Counted from the stretch's first letter, positions 18,019 to 28,576 are shown. The stretch: 51,027 nucleotides of DNA from Candidatus Iainarchaeum sp. (GCA_017610205.1 JAFCCL010000010.1:1-51027), one strand, 5' to 3'. Made by a program: numbers and translations. Notes: a model not told the origin generated them from the letters alone.

Positions 18019-18366
18019 GCATTATAAGAAGTGGAACCTTTTGGAAAAAAAATCCTTCAGGATTTCAGCAACTTGAAGGAAATGCTGCCTGACGCAATTG
18101 TCTTGTGGGAGCAATACCTTGTTTACAGCATTCCTTTGGGTGTTGCAAAGCAGGTTCAAAAGGCGATGGACCACGCTTTTGAAGGAATGAAGGGAGAGTA
18201 CAAGGGTCATATCTTTGCCGGAAGTTATGCTGGCTTTAGCGCTGCAGGAATTGGAACCGCAGCAGGAAGTTTTTCCACTGCTTTTTCCTCTGCATCCGGA
18301 ACCTCAGAAGGAGGCGGTTTCAGTAGCGGAGGCAGTGGTGGTGGCGAAGGTGGAGGCGCAGGGTAA
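18019..18366 (+). pseudogene. C-terminal remnant of a DUF2207-type membrane protein
   Basis: L.DFS.LKE..P..I.LWE.YLVY...LGVA motif and a GGGFSSGGSGGGEGGGAG tail; the large N-terminal part is absent; an apparent frameshift follows HYKKW. Confidence 0.65.
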
Positions 18367-18410
18367 AGTAAGATTTAAAAACTACAAAGGCTTTACTTGT
18401 AATAGATTTT

Positions 18411-18830
18411 ATGTCTAGCAAAAAGGGTGCAAGAAATTTATTCAGCATAGACCAGTTTGTTATACTAATTGCCTGGTTTTGTGCAATTTTTGCAATTCTT
18501 TATCTTAAAGCGTACCAACTAATTGTTCCGAGCATTATAGCATTTATTATACTAAACCTTGCACTTGGACTCTGGATTAATAAAATAATTGGACCTGCAA
18601 AACTCAATAGATTCAGAAAATATCTTGCAAGCCAAACCATTTTCCTGATTATATGGTGCCCTGTACTTTGGTTTATCCTTTGGAGTGACAGACTAGAACT
18701 TGTCCCTGTATGGATTATCATCCTGGTGGTATTCTATATAGGAATAGGACTTGTAAGCTTCAAAAGTGTTTTCTTAGACCAAAAAGAAAAGAAAGTAAAA
18801 AGGAAGAAACATAAAAAGAAAAAAAAGTAA
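18411..18830 (+). CDS. four-TM hypothetical membrane protein
   Basis: Four hydrophobic segments, basic tail. Confidence 0.7.
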   Translation: MSSKKGARNLFSIDQFVILIAWFCAIFAILYLKAYQLIVPSIIAFIILNLALGLWINKIIGPAKLNRFRKYLASQTIFLIIWCPVLWFILWSDRLELVPVWIIILVVFYIGIGLVSFKSVFLDQKEKKVKRKKHKKKKK

Positions 18831-18835
18831 ACACT

Positions 18836-19732
18836 TTACATCTTTTCAAGCCTTGCAATTCTGTCAGTTATTGGAGGATGGGTTGAAAAAAGACCCTTCA
18901 TTAAAATCTTTTGCCCCTTAAGAGGGTTTGCAATGTAAAGATGGGAAGTTGCCTTGTTGGCTGCCTCCAAAGGCTCTTTGTCAGCCCCGATTTTTTTCAA
19001 GGCAGAAGCAAGCCCTTGCGGGTAACGTGTTAGCTGTACAGCGCTTGCGTCAGCAAGATATTCACGCTTCCTGCTTATTGCAAGCTTTATCAGCTGTGCA
19101 ATTACAGGAGTGAGAATTGCAAGAATTAATCCAACAGCAATTGCTGCAATCATTACCATACCGCCTTCCTTTCCCCCGCGGCTTCTTCCAACCCCGCCAA
19201 ACAAAAACATTCTAAGCAAAAAGTCACTTAACAAAACCGCAACCCCTACAAGAATTGCTGCCATAGTCATTAGCCTTATGTCATAGTTTTTAACATGCGA
19301 CATTTCGTGGGCAACAACACCTGTAAGCTCTGCCCTGTTAAGCCTTGTAAGGCAGCCTGTTGTAACACATACAACAGAATGCTTTGGGTCACGGCCTGTT
19401 GCAAAAGCATTTATTGCACTGTCATCAATAATGTAAACATTTGGCTTTGGAATCCCTGCAGAAAGAGACATTTCTTCAACAACATTATGTAATTGCTTAT
19501 ACTTTTGTTTAGAAGCAGGCTTTGCCCTTGAAATTGCAGTAACAATTTTGCCACTGTTGTAATATGATACAATGATATAAATTATTGCAATTACTCCAAA
19601 AAGCAAAATAAACCAAAGGCTTCCAAAAATTATTGAAATAACCGTGCCCAAGGCCAGTATTATGAAAAAGAAAACAACAAACAGGAAAAAAGTTGTTCTC
19701 CTGTTTGCACTAATCTGGTCGTAGAAAGACAA
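18836..19732 (-). CDS. htpX: M48 zinc metalloprotease HtpX
   Basis: NAFATG, HEMSH, SRKREYLAD, STHPP...RI. Confidence 0.95.
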   Translation of the reverse strand: MSFYDQISANRRTTFFLFVVFFFIILALGTVISIIFGSLWFILLFGVIAIIYIIVSYYNSGKIVTAISRAKPASKQKYKQLHNVVEEMSLSAGIPKPNVYIIDDSAINAFATGRDPKHSVVCVTTGCLTRLNRAELTGVVAHEMSHVKNYDIRLMTMAAILVGVAVLLSDFLLRMFLFGGVGRSRGGKEGGMVMIAAIAVGLILAILTPVIAQLIKLAISRKREYLADASAVQLTRYPQGLASALKKIGADKEPLEAANKATSHLYIANPLKGQKILMKGLFSTHPPITDRIARLEKM

Positions 19733-19744
19733 GAAACCCCCTCC

Positions 19745-20323
19745 TTATCCAAGGTCGCTAAAGTCTGCCTTCACAACCTTTTTGTCAGCTACTGCAATTT
19801 CAAAATATTCCCTTGGCTTGCCAAAACCAAACATTCCTGCAACAATATTATTTGGAAAAACTGCAATTGCAGTATTGAACAGCATTACTGAATCATTGTA
19901 AAACTGCCTTGAGTAAGCAATCTTGTTTTCGGTTGTTGCAAACTCTTCCTGCAGGCTTTTAAAATTCTCGCTTGCCTGAAGCTTTGGATAAGCCTCTGCA
20001 ACAGCAAAAATTGTTTTCAAAGCACCTGCAAGCATGTTTTCTCCTTTTGCACTTTGCGCAGGAGTTTTTGCACTCATTATTGCAGTTCTTGCCTGAGTAA
20101 CCTGTGTCAAAACCTTTTTCTCAAACTTTGCATAACCCTTAACTGTTTCAATAAGGTTTGGAATCAGGTCAGCACGTCTTTTAAGCTGGACATCAATCTG
20201 AGCCCAGGCATTGTTAACGCGTTTTTGCTTGGTCACAAGACCGTTGTAAATTGCAATAAGAACTATTGCAAGAATTATTACAATAATCGCGATTACTATT
20301 CCGGAAATTAAAATCAAATCCAT
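19745..20323 (-). CDS. lemA: LemA family protein
   Basis: AW.QIDVQLKRR.DLIPNL, EAYP.L.A, ENKIAYSRQFYN. Confidence 0.96.
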   Translation of the reverse strand: MDLILISGIVIAIIVIILAIVLIAIYNGLVTKQKRVNNAWAQIDVQLKRRADLIPNLIETVKGYAKFEKKVLTQVTQARTAIMSAKTPAQSAKGENMLAGALKTIFAVAEAYPKLQASENFKSLQEEFATTENKIAYSRQFYNDSVMLFNTAIAVFPNNIVAGMFGFGKPREYFEIAVADKKVVKADFSDLG

Positions 20324-20385
20324 TTTTCAAAACCTCCATTAAATTAAATAATAAACTTTAATACTTGGAATTACATTGTTTAAAA

Positions 20386-21381
20386 CTATTTGCTTTTCTT
20401 TCTTGCCTTTTTCTTTCTGCGCTTTGGCTTTGCCCTGTGCTTTGGCACATTGCTTGAAAGAATGCTTTTGTCCAAAAAGTAAAGGTTTCTGAAGCAAACT
20501 GTGTCAAAAACAGTGCTCCAGACAATGTAAACAACCATTCCAAGGAAAGCAATTATTCCGACAAGTATCAGCAAGCCAACAATTGCCCCGCCCACAGACT
20601 CCATAAAACCGGCCATTATTGTAAACGGAAGTAATAAAACCTGCAAAAGCATTCTAATGGCAACAACTATTATAACATAAAAAATTACGTAGGCAAGATT
20701 TCCAAAATAATTTGCCTTCATTAACTCAAAGGATTTTTTGATTGTGGCAAAAGCCCCCTGGTTTCCAAAAAAGGCAGCCGGAGCAATAAGGCTAAGCATT
20801 GGAGAAATTAATAAAATCACTAGCACAACCAAAAAGACCAAAAGCACTGCAAAAAACAAGGGAGCAATAAGAACGGTATTTGCTATGGCTGCCCCGCCAA
20901 TTAAAGCAGGTAGTACAAAAATAGCCGGGGCAAAAGCAAGCGCAAACACTGCAAGAATAATAAGGCTTACAATAAGACTTATTAGAAAATAGGTGAAAAT
21001 CCTTGGTTTTGTCTTTTGAAATGCTTTTCCAAGGTCAAATTTTCCTGTTTTTAAAAAGTCGTTGAAAAGATTGTACCTTAGCCCAATAAAGATTGCCTCA
21101 ATAAAAGTTGCAATTATTATAAATACAATGAACAAAAGTCCAATTACTCCAATTGCACTACTGATAAAAGACATGTTTGAAAAAAGGACAGCAATATTTT
21201 CAATGCCTCCAACAGCAGTTATTGGGCCAAGAAATGCAACAAATCCAAGCAAAATAAAAACCAGAGCAATAAGTCCTGTTACAAGAACCTCAATAATAAG
21301 GATGAGAAAAAAATACAGCCACAGTGGCCAATTAAGAGTTTGCTTAAAAGATTCAGATATTGTATCAACAAAACCGACCAT
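20386..21381 (-). CDS. multi-pass membrane protein
   Basis: About six or more TM segments; start at ATG 21381 after an AGGGG SD-like motif. Confidence 0.8.
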   Translation of the reverse strand: MVGFVDTISESFKQTLNWPLWLYFFLILIIEVLVTGLIALVFILLGFVAFLGPITAVGGIENIAVLFSNMSFISSAIGVIGLLFIVFIIIATFIEAIFIGLRYNLFNDFLKTGKFDLGKAFQKTKPRIFTYFLISLIVSLIILAVFALAFAPAIFVLPALIGGAAIANTVLIAPLFFAVLLVFLVVLVILLISPMLSLIAPAAFFGNQGAFATIKKSFELMKANYFGNLAYVIFYVIIVVAIRMLLQVLLLPFTIMAGFMESVGGAIVGLLILVGIIAFLGMVVYIVWSTVFDTVCFRNLYFLDKSILSSNVPKHRAKPKRRKKKARKKSK

Positions 21382-21504
21382 TTGAACGTCCCCTCTTAAT
21401 TGTAAATTATGTTCAAAGAGGTATAAAAATCTATTCAATTCAAAAAAAACACAGTATTTAATTCTTTTCAAACACAAAATTGATTGGAAAAGGGGGATGC
21501 AAAA

Positions 21505-22866
21505 ATGGCTCTTGGAGAAAGACTAAGAAATGCAGTGGAAAGCCTGCGCAAGGCAACAGTTTTTGACAAAGGCACAATAAAAGAAGCATCAAAAGAGCTT
21601 CAAAGGGCATTAATTGCATCAGATGTGGAAGTAAAACTTGTTCTTGATTTAACAAACCACATAGAAGAAGAGGCAGTAAAGGAAAAGCTTCCAAAAGGGC
21701 TTTCAAGACGTGAGCACGTGCTAAAGGTTACCTATGACAACCTTGTTGAACTGCTTGGCGGCACAGCAAAGAAAGCGCCGGAGAAGCCAAAAAAAATCCT
21801 GCTGGTCGGGCTCTTTGGTTCAGGAAAAACAACAAGTGCCGCAAAAATAGCAAAACATTATATGAAACGAGGAATGAAAGTTGGAGTAATTGCGGCAGAC
21901 ACATACAGGCCTGCAGCAGTTGAACAGCTTGAACAGCTTTGCAGCAAAGCAAAAATTCCATTATTTGGAGACAAAAAGGAAAAGAATGCAGCAAAGGTTG
22001 TTGAAAAGTCCCTGAAGAAAATGAAGGGGTTTGACTTGCTTATTACAGATTCCGCTGGAAGAAGCGGCTTTGACCCGGAACTGGTAAAAGAAATAAAAGA
22101 AATTAATAAAGAATTCAAACCAGATGAAAAATGGCTTGTACTGGGAGCAGATGTTGGACAGCTTGCAAAAAAGCAGGCAGAAGCATTTCACAACGCTGTT
22201 GGAGTTAACGGAGTAATAATTACAAGAATTGACGGAAGTGCAAAAGGCGGAGGTGCGCTTGCAGCATGTGCAGTAAGCAAGGCGCCGGTTTATTTTTTGG
22301 GAACAGGAGAAAAGCTTGATGATTTACAGCGATTTGATGCCCAAAGATATCTTAGCAGAATAATGGGATACGGAGACCTGCAGGCATTGCTTGAAAAGGC
22401 AAAAGAAATTCACGAAGATGGAGAGTTAAGCCCAGAAGAACTAATGAAAGGAAAATTCAACCTTGATGTTTTTTACAAACAGCTTAAGGCAACAAAAAAA
22501 ATGGGGTCCTTAAGCAAAGTTTCAGAAATGCTTGGCTTGAAAATGCAGGTCCCCAAAGAAATGCTTGACATGACCGAAGAAAAACTAGACGGCTTTAAAG
22601 TAATCATGGATTCAATGACAGTTCAGGAAAAACAAAATCCAGAAGTGTTAAACAGAAGCAGGATTATAAGAATTGGAAAAGGCTGCGGAAAAACAGAGTC
22701 TGACGTCAGAGAGCTAATCAAAAGCTATAAGCAAATGGCAGGGATGTTTAAAAGATTCAAAAACATTGACGAAAAATCACTGCAAAAAAAAGGCGGTGGC
22801 CTTGACATGCAAAAGCTTGTAGGAATGTTTGGCAAAAAGAAAAAGAAAAAATTCAAAATAAGGTAA
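21505..22866 (+). CDS. srp54: signal recognition particle protein SRP54
   Basis: GLFGSGKTT, DTYRPAA, DSAGR, GSAKGGGAL, Met-rich M domain. Confidence 0.97.
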   Translation: MALGERLRNAVESLRKATVFDKGTIKEASKELQRALIASDVEVKLVLDLTNHIEEEAVKEKLPKGLSRREHVLKVTYDNLVELLGGTAKKAPEKPKKILLVGLFGSGKTTSAAKIAKHYMKRGMKVGVIAADTYRPAAVEQLEQLCSKAKIPLFGDKKEKNAAKVVEKSLKKMKGFDLLITDSAGRSGFDPELVKEIKEINKEFKPDEKWLVLGADVGQLAKKQAEAFHNAVGVNGVIITRIDGSAKGGGALAACAVSKAPVYFLGTGEKLDDLQRFDAQRYLSRIMGYGDLQALLEKAKEIHEDGELSPEELMKGKFNLDVFYKQLKATKKMGSLSKVSEMLGLKMQVPKEMLDMTEEKLDGFKVIMDSMTVQEKQNPEVLNRSRIIRIGKGCGKTESDVRELIKSYKQMAGMFKRFKNIDEKSLQKKGGGLDMQKLVGMFGKKKKKKFKIR

Positions 22867-22904
22867 CAAGTGACAATTCAGAATAAGGCAACAAGTGGTA
22901 TCAA

Positions 22905-23534
22905 ATGACAATACGCAAACACAGAAAAGCACTGGCAAGGGTTTGGAGGGAAAAATTTGCAAGGCAAAAAAAAGCCAAAGTTCCAAGGAAATCAAGAGAA
23001 CTTATAAAAGAATTGCGTGTTAATGTTCCAGACCACGGGCTAAGAATGAGGTATTATAATAGAACTATTAGAAAAAAATTAATGGGGTCAAAACACGATA
23101 GAAAAATGGGATACAGTAAACTTTTCCTGACACTTAAAAGAAAGTACCGGAAAGAAATGAAAGAAAATGGAAACGCAGATGTTGTTCTTACAAAAGAACT
23201 TCAAACACCCCCGCTTAATTTTGCACTTGAAAGGGCTTTTGATATGATATCAATACACAATAAAACAAATGGGGCAAAAAAGCTGTTAAGAAAAACAAGG
23301 GTGAGAAGAATTATTTACAAAATTTACAAGCAGGAAAGAATTTCCTTCAAAGGAAAGGCCAAAATTGAATTTACTGAAAAGGAAATAAATGATTTAATGA
23401 AAGTTCTTGGTGGTTCAGGCGGAAAGGAATTTATTGAACTTTTCAAGAAAAACTTGGCGGAAGAAGCTGGTTGGGCAAGGTATTATATCAGAGCCAGAAT
23501 TGATCCTGCTTCAGTCCTTGCAAAATGGCAATAG
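22905..23534 (+). CDS. very basic hypothetical protein
   Basis: 209-aa K/R-rich ORF, co-oriented between srp54 and the prepilin peptidase. Confidence 0.6.
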   Translation: MTIRKHRKALARVWREKFARQKKAKVPRKSRELIKELRVNVPDHGLRMRYYNRTIRKKLMGSKHDRKMGYSKLFLTLKRKYRKEMKENGNADVVLTKELQTPPLNFALERAFDMISIHNKTNGAKKLLRKTRVRRIIYKIYKQERISFKGKAKIEFTEKEINDLMKVLGGSGGKEFIELFKKNLAEEAGWARYYIRARIDPASVLAKWQ

Positions 23535-23550
23535 TTGGGGAAAGAATTGA

Positions 23551-24369
23551 ATGTTGTTTGAATTACTTTTAATAAGGCAGGCAATTGTTCTTGCAGGAAG
23601 CGGAGCAGCGGCTTATACTGATGCAAGAGCAGGGCTTATTCTTGACAAAATAACCTACACAATGATTGCTGCAGGAATTTTGCTGAACGTTTTTCAGCAA
23701 GAGTGGGTTTGGATTGCTGTTGGAGCAGTAGTTTTTGCAATAGGGTATGCAGTTTATTACATGGGAAAAATTGGCGGCGGAGACGTAAAGCTCTTTACAG
23801 GAATTGCTTTCCTTTTGCCATTTTACCAAGGGCAATTTTTTCTTCTAAATGCATTGTTTGCAGCATGCATTCTTGCAGTAGTGTTTTATTCAGTATACTA
23901 TCTTTTGAAATATGCAGGAAAAGGCATTGATTTGAAAGAAAACAAACAAGGAATTTGCAAAGCAATTCTCTTCGGGGTAGTTATTGGAGCTTGGCTTGGA
24001 ATTGTTTTCATTACACAGGTTGTTTCAATAACTGCACTGGGAATACTGGGAACTACATTAGTCCTTGCACTCTTGTTTCTTGCATTTGAAAAAGGAATAA
24101 GGCGGCAGTTTTTTCTCAAAAAAATCCACATAAGCAAACTTGAAGAAGATGAAGTAATTGCAACAGAATTTTTGAAAAAAGAAGTCAGGGAAAAGCTCGG
24201 ATTGAAATTCAAGGGAGTGTTTGGAGAAGAGGAAAAGGCAAAACTGAAAAAGCTTGGGGTTACAAAGGTTCCTGTTTACAGAAACATGCCGCCATTCGGT
24301 CCATTTATTTTGCTGGGGTGCATTGCGGCAATGATATGGCCCGATATAATTGGGCTGATTTTTGCCTAG
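23551..24369 (+). CDS. A24 prepilin/preflagellin peptidase
   Basis: YTD first catalytic Asp, GGGDVK second Asp, C-terminal PF.PFI. Confidence 0.9.
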   Translation: MLFELLLIRQAIVLAGSGAAAYTDARAGLILDKITYTMIAAGILLNVFQQEWVWIAVGAVVFAIGYAVYYMGKIGGGDVKLFTGIAFLLPFYQGQFFLLNALFAACILAVVFYSVYYLLKYAGKGIDLKENKQGICKAILFGVVIGAWLGIVFITQVVSITALGILGTTLVLALLFLAFEKGIRRQFFLKKIHISKLEEDEVIATEFLKKEVREKLGLKFKGVFGEEEKAKLKKLGVTKVPVYRNMPPFGPFILLGCIAAMIWPDIIGLIFA

Positions 24370-24800
24370 AGCTCTCCAATGTCTTCTTTCCAAAGCAGGG
24401 GATTTTTTTCAATAAATGATTCCATCATTTGCCTGCATTCTGAAAGATTTAAGTTAATTACCTTAACATTGTTCCTTTGCAGAAATTTCTTCGCACCCTT
24501 AAAGGTTTTGCTTTCTCCGGCAATAACTGTTGGAATTTTGAATTCAACCACTGCACCAGCACACATAAAGCAGGGCATTAAAGTAGAGTAAAGAATTGTA
24601 TCCTTATAATTTTTCATTAAACCAGCATTTCTAATGCAAGTCATTTCAGCATGAAGCAGGGGATTGTTTTCCTGCACCCGCATATTGTGCCCCTTGGAAA
24701 GCAGTTTTCCGTCCCTTGCAAGAACAGCACCAATAGGAATTCCGCCCTCCTCCAGCCCCTTTTTTGCCTCCTCAATTGCAACCTGCATAAATTTATCCAA
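24366..24800 (-). CDS. cytosine/nucleoside deaminase
   Basis: HAE...PC..C zinc motif; ends W.EDIG. Confidence 0.92.
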   Translation of the reverse strand: MDKFMQVAIEEAKKGLEEGGIPIGAVLARDGKLLSKGHNMRVQENNPLLHAEMTCIRNAGLMKNYKDTILYSTLMPCFMCAGAVVEFKIPTVIAGESKTFKGAKKFLQRNNVKVINLNLSECRQMMESFIEKNPLLWKEDIGEL

Positions 24801-24834
24801 CTTTAATCACGCCCTAAATTTTCACAACACGCCA

Positions 24835-26100
24835 TTAAATCATCACAACAACTTTTGACTTTATTGAAAAAGTAATTCCCGCCATTGCAAGAATCAGAAA
24901 CGCAAAAATCAGGAAAGGCAAATGGAGACCAAAGGATTCGGAAAGAAAGCCCAGTAAAAGCACGCTTACAAAACCGCTTATTTTCAAAGTTGCCTTGAAA
25001 AGCCCGGTCATTTCCCCGTCATTAACTCTTGGAGTTATATCTGTTATCAAACCATTTACAGCAGGCTGGATTAGTGCAACAATTATTCCAAGGACAAAGG
25101 CAGCGGCAAAGAAGACAACTGAAAGGGAATTGTCAAGGGCTATTGCAGCCAATGCAATGGATGCAATCACAAAACCAACTGCAATGACATTTGTTTTGTC
25201 CAAAGAATCTGCAAGTTCGGAAAAGAAAAAAGAAAAAAGAAACGGCAGGTTTATCAAAGCAAAAAGCAGGGAAATTTCAACAAGACCCAAATTTAACGAA
25301 ACCGCATGCAATGGAATAAGAAACGCAACAATTACCTGAATTGACATCATAAAAAATCCAATCAAAAGCGTGAAATATCCTACAAAACCCAATTCCTTTA
25401 AATCTTTAAATTCTTTTTTAATAACCTTGTCCTGAACAACAACCTCTTTAATCGCTTTTACAAAAGGACCTCCTTTGCATTTTATTCTTGAAATTATCAA
25501 ACCTCCCAAAATTGGAAACGGAATCAAGGCAAGCAAAAGCCACTGAATATTTCCCAAATTCAAACCAAAAAACAAAACTATTGGAATTACAATAAGCGGA
25601 GCAATAACAAAACAGGACTTGTAGACAGTAATGTAAAGACCAAAGGTTGCAGAGGTTTCTCCTTTTGGAGATTTTTCCCTTATAAAAGATTCTTCAACAA
25701 CCCAGAAAATTCCTACAATTCCATGAAACACCCTTGCAAAGAAAAGCACTATAAGACCTGCGGCTGAAGAAAGGAACGGAATTGAAAAGTAAAGAAGACC
25801 AAGAACAGGGTATAAAAACATTGAGCTGACAGTGAATTTTATCTTGTTTATTTTGCCAGCAAGGGCACCGGCAGGAAGGTCAAAAAATGCTCCAACAATA
25901 AAAAATATTCCGTAAAAAAGCGATGTAATAAAATAATTTTGAACAATGCTGTGGACAAATATTGAAAAAAACGGGTCAATAATGCCCCAGGCAAGAACAT
26001 AAATAAACATTCCAAAAATTAGTATTTTAACATCCTTTGGAATCTTTTTTAAATCACGGTGAACTCTCGTGTAAAGAAATGAATGAGTGTGGTGATGCAT
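24835..26100 (-). CDS. MFS transporter
   Basis: About 12 TM segments in two halves; MFS loop motifs (G.LAGKINK, LADSLDK). Confidence 0.85.
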   Translation of the reverse strand: MHHHTHSFLYTRVHRDLKKIPKDVKILIFGMFIYVLAWGIIDPFFSIFVHSIVQNYFITSLFYGIFFIVGAFFDLPAGALAGKINKIKFTVSSMFLYPVLGLLYFSIPFLSSAAGLIVLFFARVFHGIVGIFWVVEESFIREKSPKGETSATFGLYITVYKSCFVIAPLIVIPIVLFFGLNLGNIQWLLLALIPFPILGGLIISRIKCKGGPFVKAIKEVVVQDKVIKKEFKDLKELGFVGYFTLLIGFFMMSIQVIVAFLIPLHAVSLNLGLVEISLLFALINLPFLFSFFFSELADSLDKTNVIAVGFVIASIALAAIALDNSLSVVFFAAAFVLGIIVALIQPAVNGLITDITPRVNDGEMTGLFKATLKISGFVSVLLLGFLSESFGLHLPFLIFAFLILAMAGITFSIKSKVVVMI

Positions 26101-26389
26101 TTGAAAAGCCTTTTTTTAATAAAAGAAAGAGCATTTCTTTTAATATAATTGACTGTTTCGACTCACTCAAAAACACGAAAAATAATTATCTTAAACAGGA
26201 AGAAACGGCATAAAGTTTAATCTCTGATTCTGCAAATGTAGGGTCTTGAAATTGTTTTGCGACCTAAAAAAAAATAATTTAAAGCGGTTAAACGGAAGCA
26301 GACATTGTTTTCGGCGGAAATCTGTGCGAAGCGATTTTCATCGGAAACCCACTCTCTTTCAAAGTGTTTAAAAAAGGAAAAGAGGTAAT

Positions 26390-27673
26390 TATTACAGTCC
26401 TCCAATTCCTGTGATAGTGGAGGATAAAAGCCAAAATCAGAGGTTTTTTGCGAAAAGAGAGCTGAACGTATATTAAGAGGATGGAAAGAATGAAAGCTTA
26501 CAAATACAGGATATACCCAACAAAAGAGCAGGCAAAAGCTGTTGACGAGACGATGGAAAAATGCAGGTTACTCTACAATGAATTGCTTGCTTTGAAGAAA
26601 GAAACCTACAAAAAAGATGGTGTAGACCTGTCCAGAAAAGATTTATATAAGCAAGTAAAAGGAAATAGAGAAATATATTCGCAGGCCAGCCAAAACGTGG
26701 CTGACAGGATAAACAAAGCCTACCAAAACTTTTTCACAAGAATAAAGCGGGGTGAAAAAAAGAAAGGTTTTCCACGCTTTAAAAATTATGAAACATACAA
26801 TAGCATAACACTGCCACAAATAACCAATACTAAAAACATAGGCAAGAAAACTTATTTTCCAAAAATCGGCTGGCTGAACACCAAATACCACCGGCAAATA
26901 ACAGGAGTAGCAAAAACACTAACTGTAAAAAAAACCAAAAGCGAAAAATACTTTGTTACAATCTGCTGTAAAAAAACTACAGACAAGCCAATCAAAACAA
27001 CCAACAAAGAAGTTGGAATAGATTTGGGATTAAACAACTTTGTTGCCACAAGTGAAGGGGAGTTTTTTGAACATCCAAAACCGATGAAACAATTGACGGA
27101 AACAAGAAAAAAACTAGCAAGACGATTCAGCAAAACAAAAAAGAAAAGCAACAACAGAAACAAAACAAGAGTAAAATTAGCAAGAGTTGATGAAAAAATA
27201 GCTAACACAAGAAACGATTTTGGCTGGAAACTATGCCAAACACTTATCAAAAAATATGGAACAATATATGTGGAAGATTTGAACATAAAAGGAATGCAAA
27301 AGAACCACTATCTTGCTAAAGCAATAGCTGATGTTTCTTTGGGGGACTTTCTGCAAAAACTTTCCTACAAGGCTGAAAGTGCCAGAGGACAAGTCGTGAA
27401 AGTAAACCCAAAAAACACATCACAAAAGTGTAGTGAGTGTGGCAGGATAGTGAAAAAAGAGCTGTGCATAAGAACACACAAATGCCCAAATTGCAGTCTA
27501 GAAATAGATAGGGACTTGAACGCTGCACGAAACATACTTATAATAGGTAGGATAGGGCAGGAACTGCCCAAATTGAAGCCTGATGGAGACGAAGCCACTA
27601 CTGTTGGTACAAGTCAATGGCAAGCATTGTCAACGAAACAGGAAGCCTCCTGCGAAAGCTGGAGGTAGTTCAC
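26390..27673 (+). mobile_element. IS200/IS605-family, tnpB-only (IS1341-like) element; left boundary approximate
   Basis: Left hairpin TCCTCCA...TGGAGGA (~26398-26424); right hairpin GAAG-CCTCC...GGAGG-TAGT-TCAC ending at 27673; no tnpA. Confidence 0.85.
26481..27668 (+). CDS. tnpB: RNA-guided endonuclease TnpB
   Basis: KAYKYRIYP HTH, GIDLG (RuvC-I D), VEDL (RuvC-II E), CxxC...CxxC zinc finger, DRDLNAARNI (RuvC-III D). Confidence 0.97.
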   Translation: MERMKAYKYRIYPTKEQAKAVDETMEKCRLLYNELLALKKETYKKDGVDLSRKDLYKQVKGNREIYSQASQNVADRINKAYQNFFTRIKRGEKKKGFPRFKNYETYNSITLPQITNTKNIGKKTYFPKIGWLNTKYHRQITGVAKTLTVKKTKSEKYFVTICCKKTTDKPIKTTNKEVGIDLGLNNFVATSEGEFFEHPKPMKQLTETRKKLARRFSKTKKKSNNRNKTRVKLARVDEKIANTRNDFGWKLCQTLIKKYGTIYVEDLNIKGMQKNHYLAKAIADVSLGDFLQKLSYKAESARGQVVKVNPKNTSQKCSECGRIVKKELCIRTHKCPNCSLEIDRDLNAARNILIIGRIGQELPKLKPDGDEATTVGTSQWQALSTKQEASCESWR

Positions 27674-27700
27674 TATAACTAATCCCCAAAAGGTAGTAGC

Positions 27701-28576
27701 ATGAAAATACTGGTAACAGGAAGCAATGGCTTTGTTGGAAAAAGACTTGTTTTGGCTTTGGAAAAAAAAGGGCATTCTGTAAAAGGGTTTGACACAGCCC
27801 AAGGCAATGACTTGCTTGACAAAAGGCAATGCAGGCAGGAATGCAAAGGCATTGAAGCAGTTTTTCACCTAGCAGCAGTACTGGACGAAAAAAGCCAAAT
27901 GCTTGAAAAAGTAAATGTTGAAGGAACAGAAAACATTTTGGAAGCAGCTTCAAAGCAAAGGTGCGCACGCTTTATTTTCCTAAGCACAGTAGGAGTAAAC
28001 GCCGGAGTGAAAGGAATTGTAAACGAAGAAAGCCAGCTTAAGCCAATTACGCCCTATGAAAAAAGCAAAGCAAGAGCAGAAAAGCTTGTTCTGGATTTTC
28101 AGGAAATGATTTCAATAACAATTATAAGAAGTGCACTTGTGCTTGGGCCAAACAAATACTGGCAAAGTATAATCAAACTTGCAGGCAAAGACTTTCCAAT
28201 TATCGGAGGAGGAAAACAGGTTTGGCAAACAATCTTTGTTGACGACCTGATTAATGCTCTTGTGTTTGTACTTGGCAAAAAGGAATGCATTGGAGAAACA
28301 TTTGTTGTGGCAGAACAAGGCAAGCCAACATTAAGGCAGTTGTATTCCGAAATCAGAAAACAGCTTGAAACAGGCGGAAAAATAAAAACAATGCCAAAAC
28401 TGGTTGCAAAAATTGTTGCAGTACTCAAAGGCAACAAAGGAATTCTTACAACACAACACATTGACAGGCTTGCAAGGGAAAGAAACTACAACACAGAAAA
28501 AATTAATGCGCTTGGATGGAAGGCAAAGGTTGGAATGGAAGAGGCTGTTAATAGAACTGTTGAAGGATTGAAATGA
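27701..28576 (+). CDS. NAD-dependent epimerase/dehydratase (extended SDR)
   Basis: TGSNGFVG, HLAA, YEKSK. Confidence 0.92.
   Translation: MKILVTGSNGFVGKRLVLALEKKGHSVKGFDTAQGNDLLDKRQCRQECKGIEAVFHLAAVLDEKSQMLEKVNVEGTENILEAASKQRCARFIFLSTVGVNAGVKGIVNEESQLKPITPYEKSKARAEKLVLDFQEMISITIIRSALVLGPNKYWQSIIKLAGKDFPIIGGGKQVWQTIFVDDLINALVFVLGKKECIGETFVVAEQGKPTLRQLYSEIRKQLETGGKIKTMPKLVAKIVAVLKGNKGILTTQHIDRLARERNYNTEKINALGWKAKVGMEEAVNRTVEGLK

Noticed and set aside
27802-27810. Partial core matches AGGCAATGA here and near 33374
   Set aside because: Only 9 bp and inside coding sequence; expected by chance.
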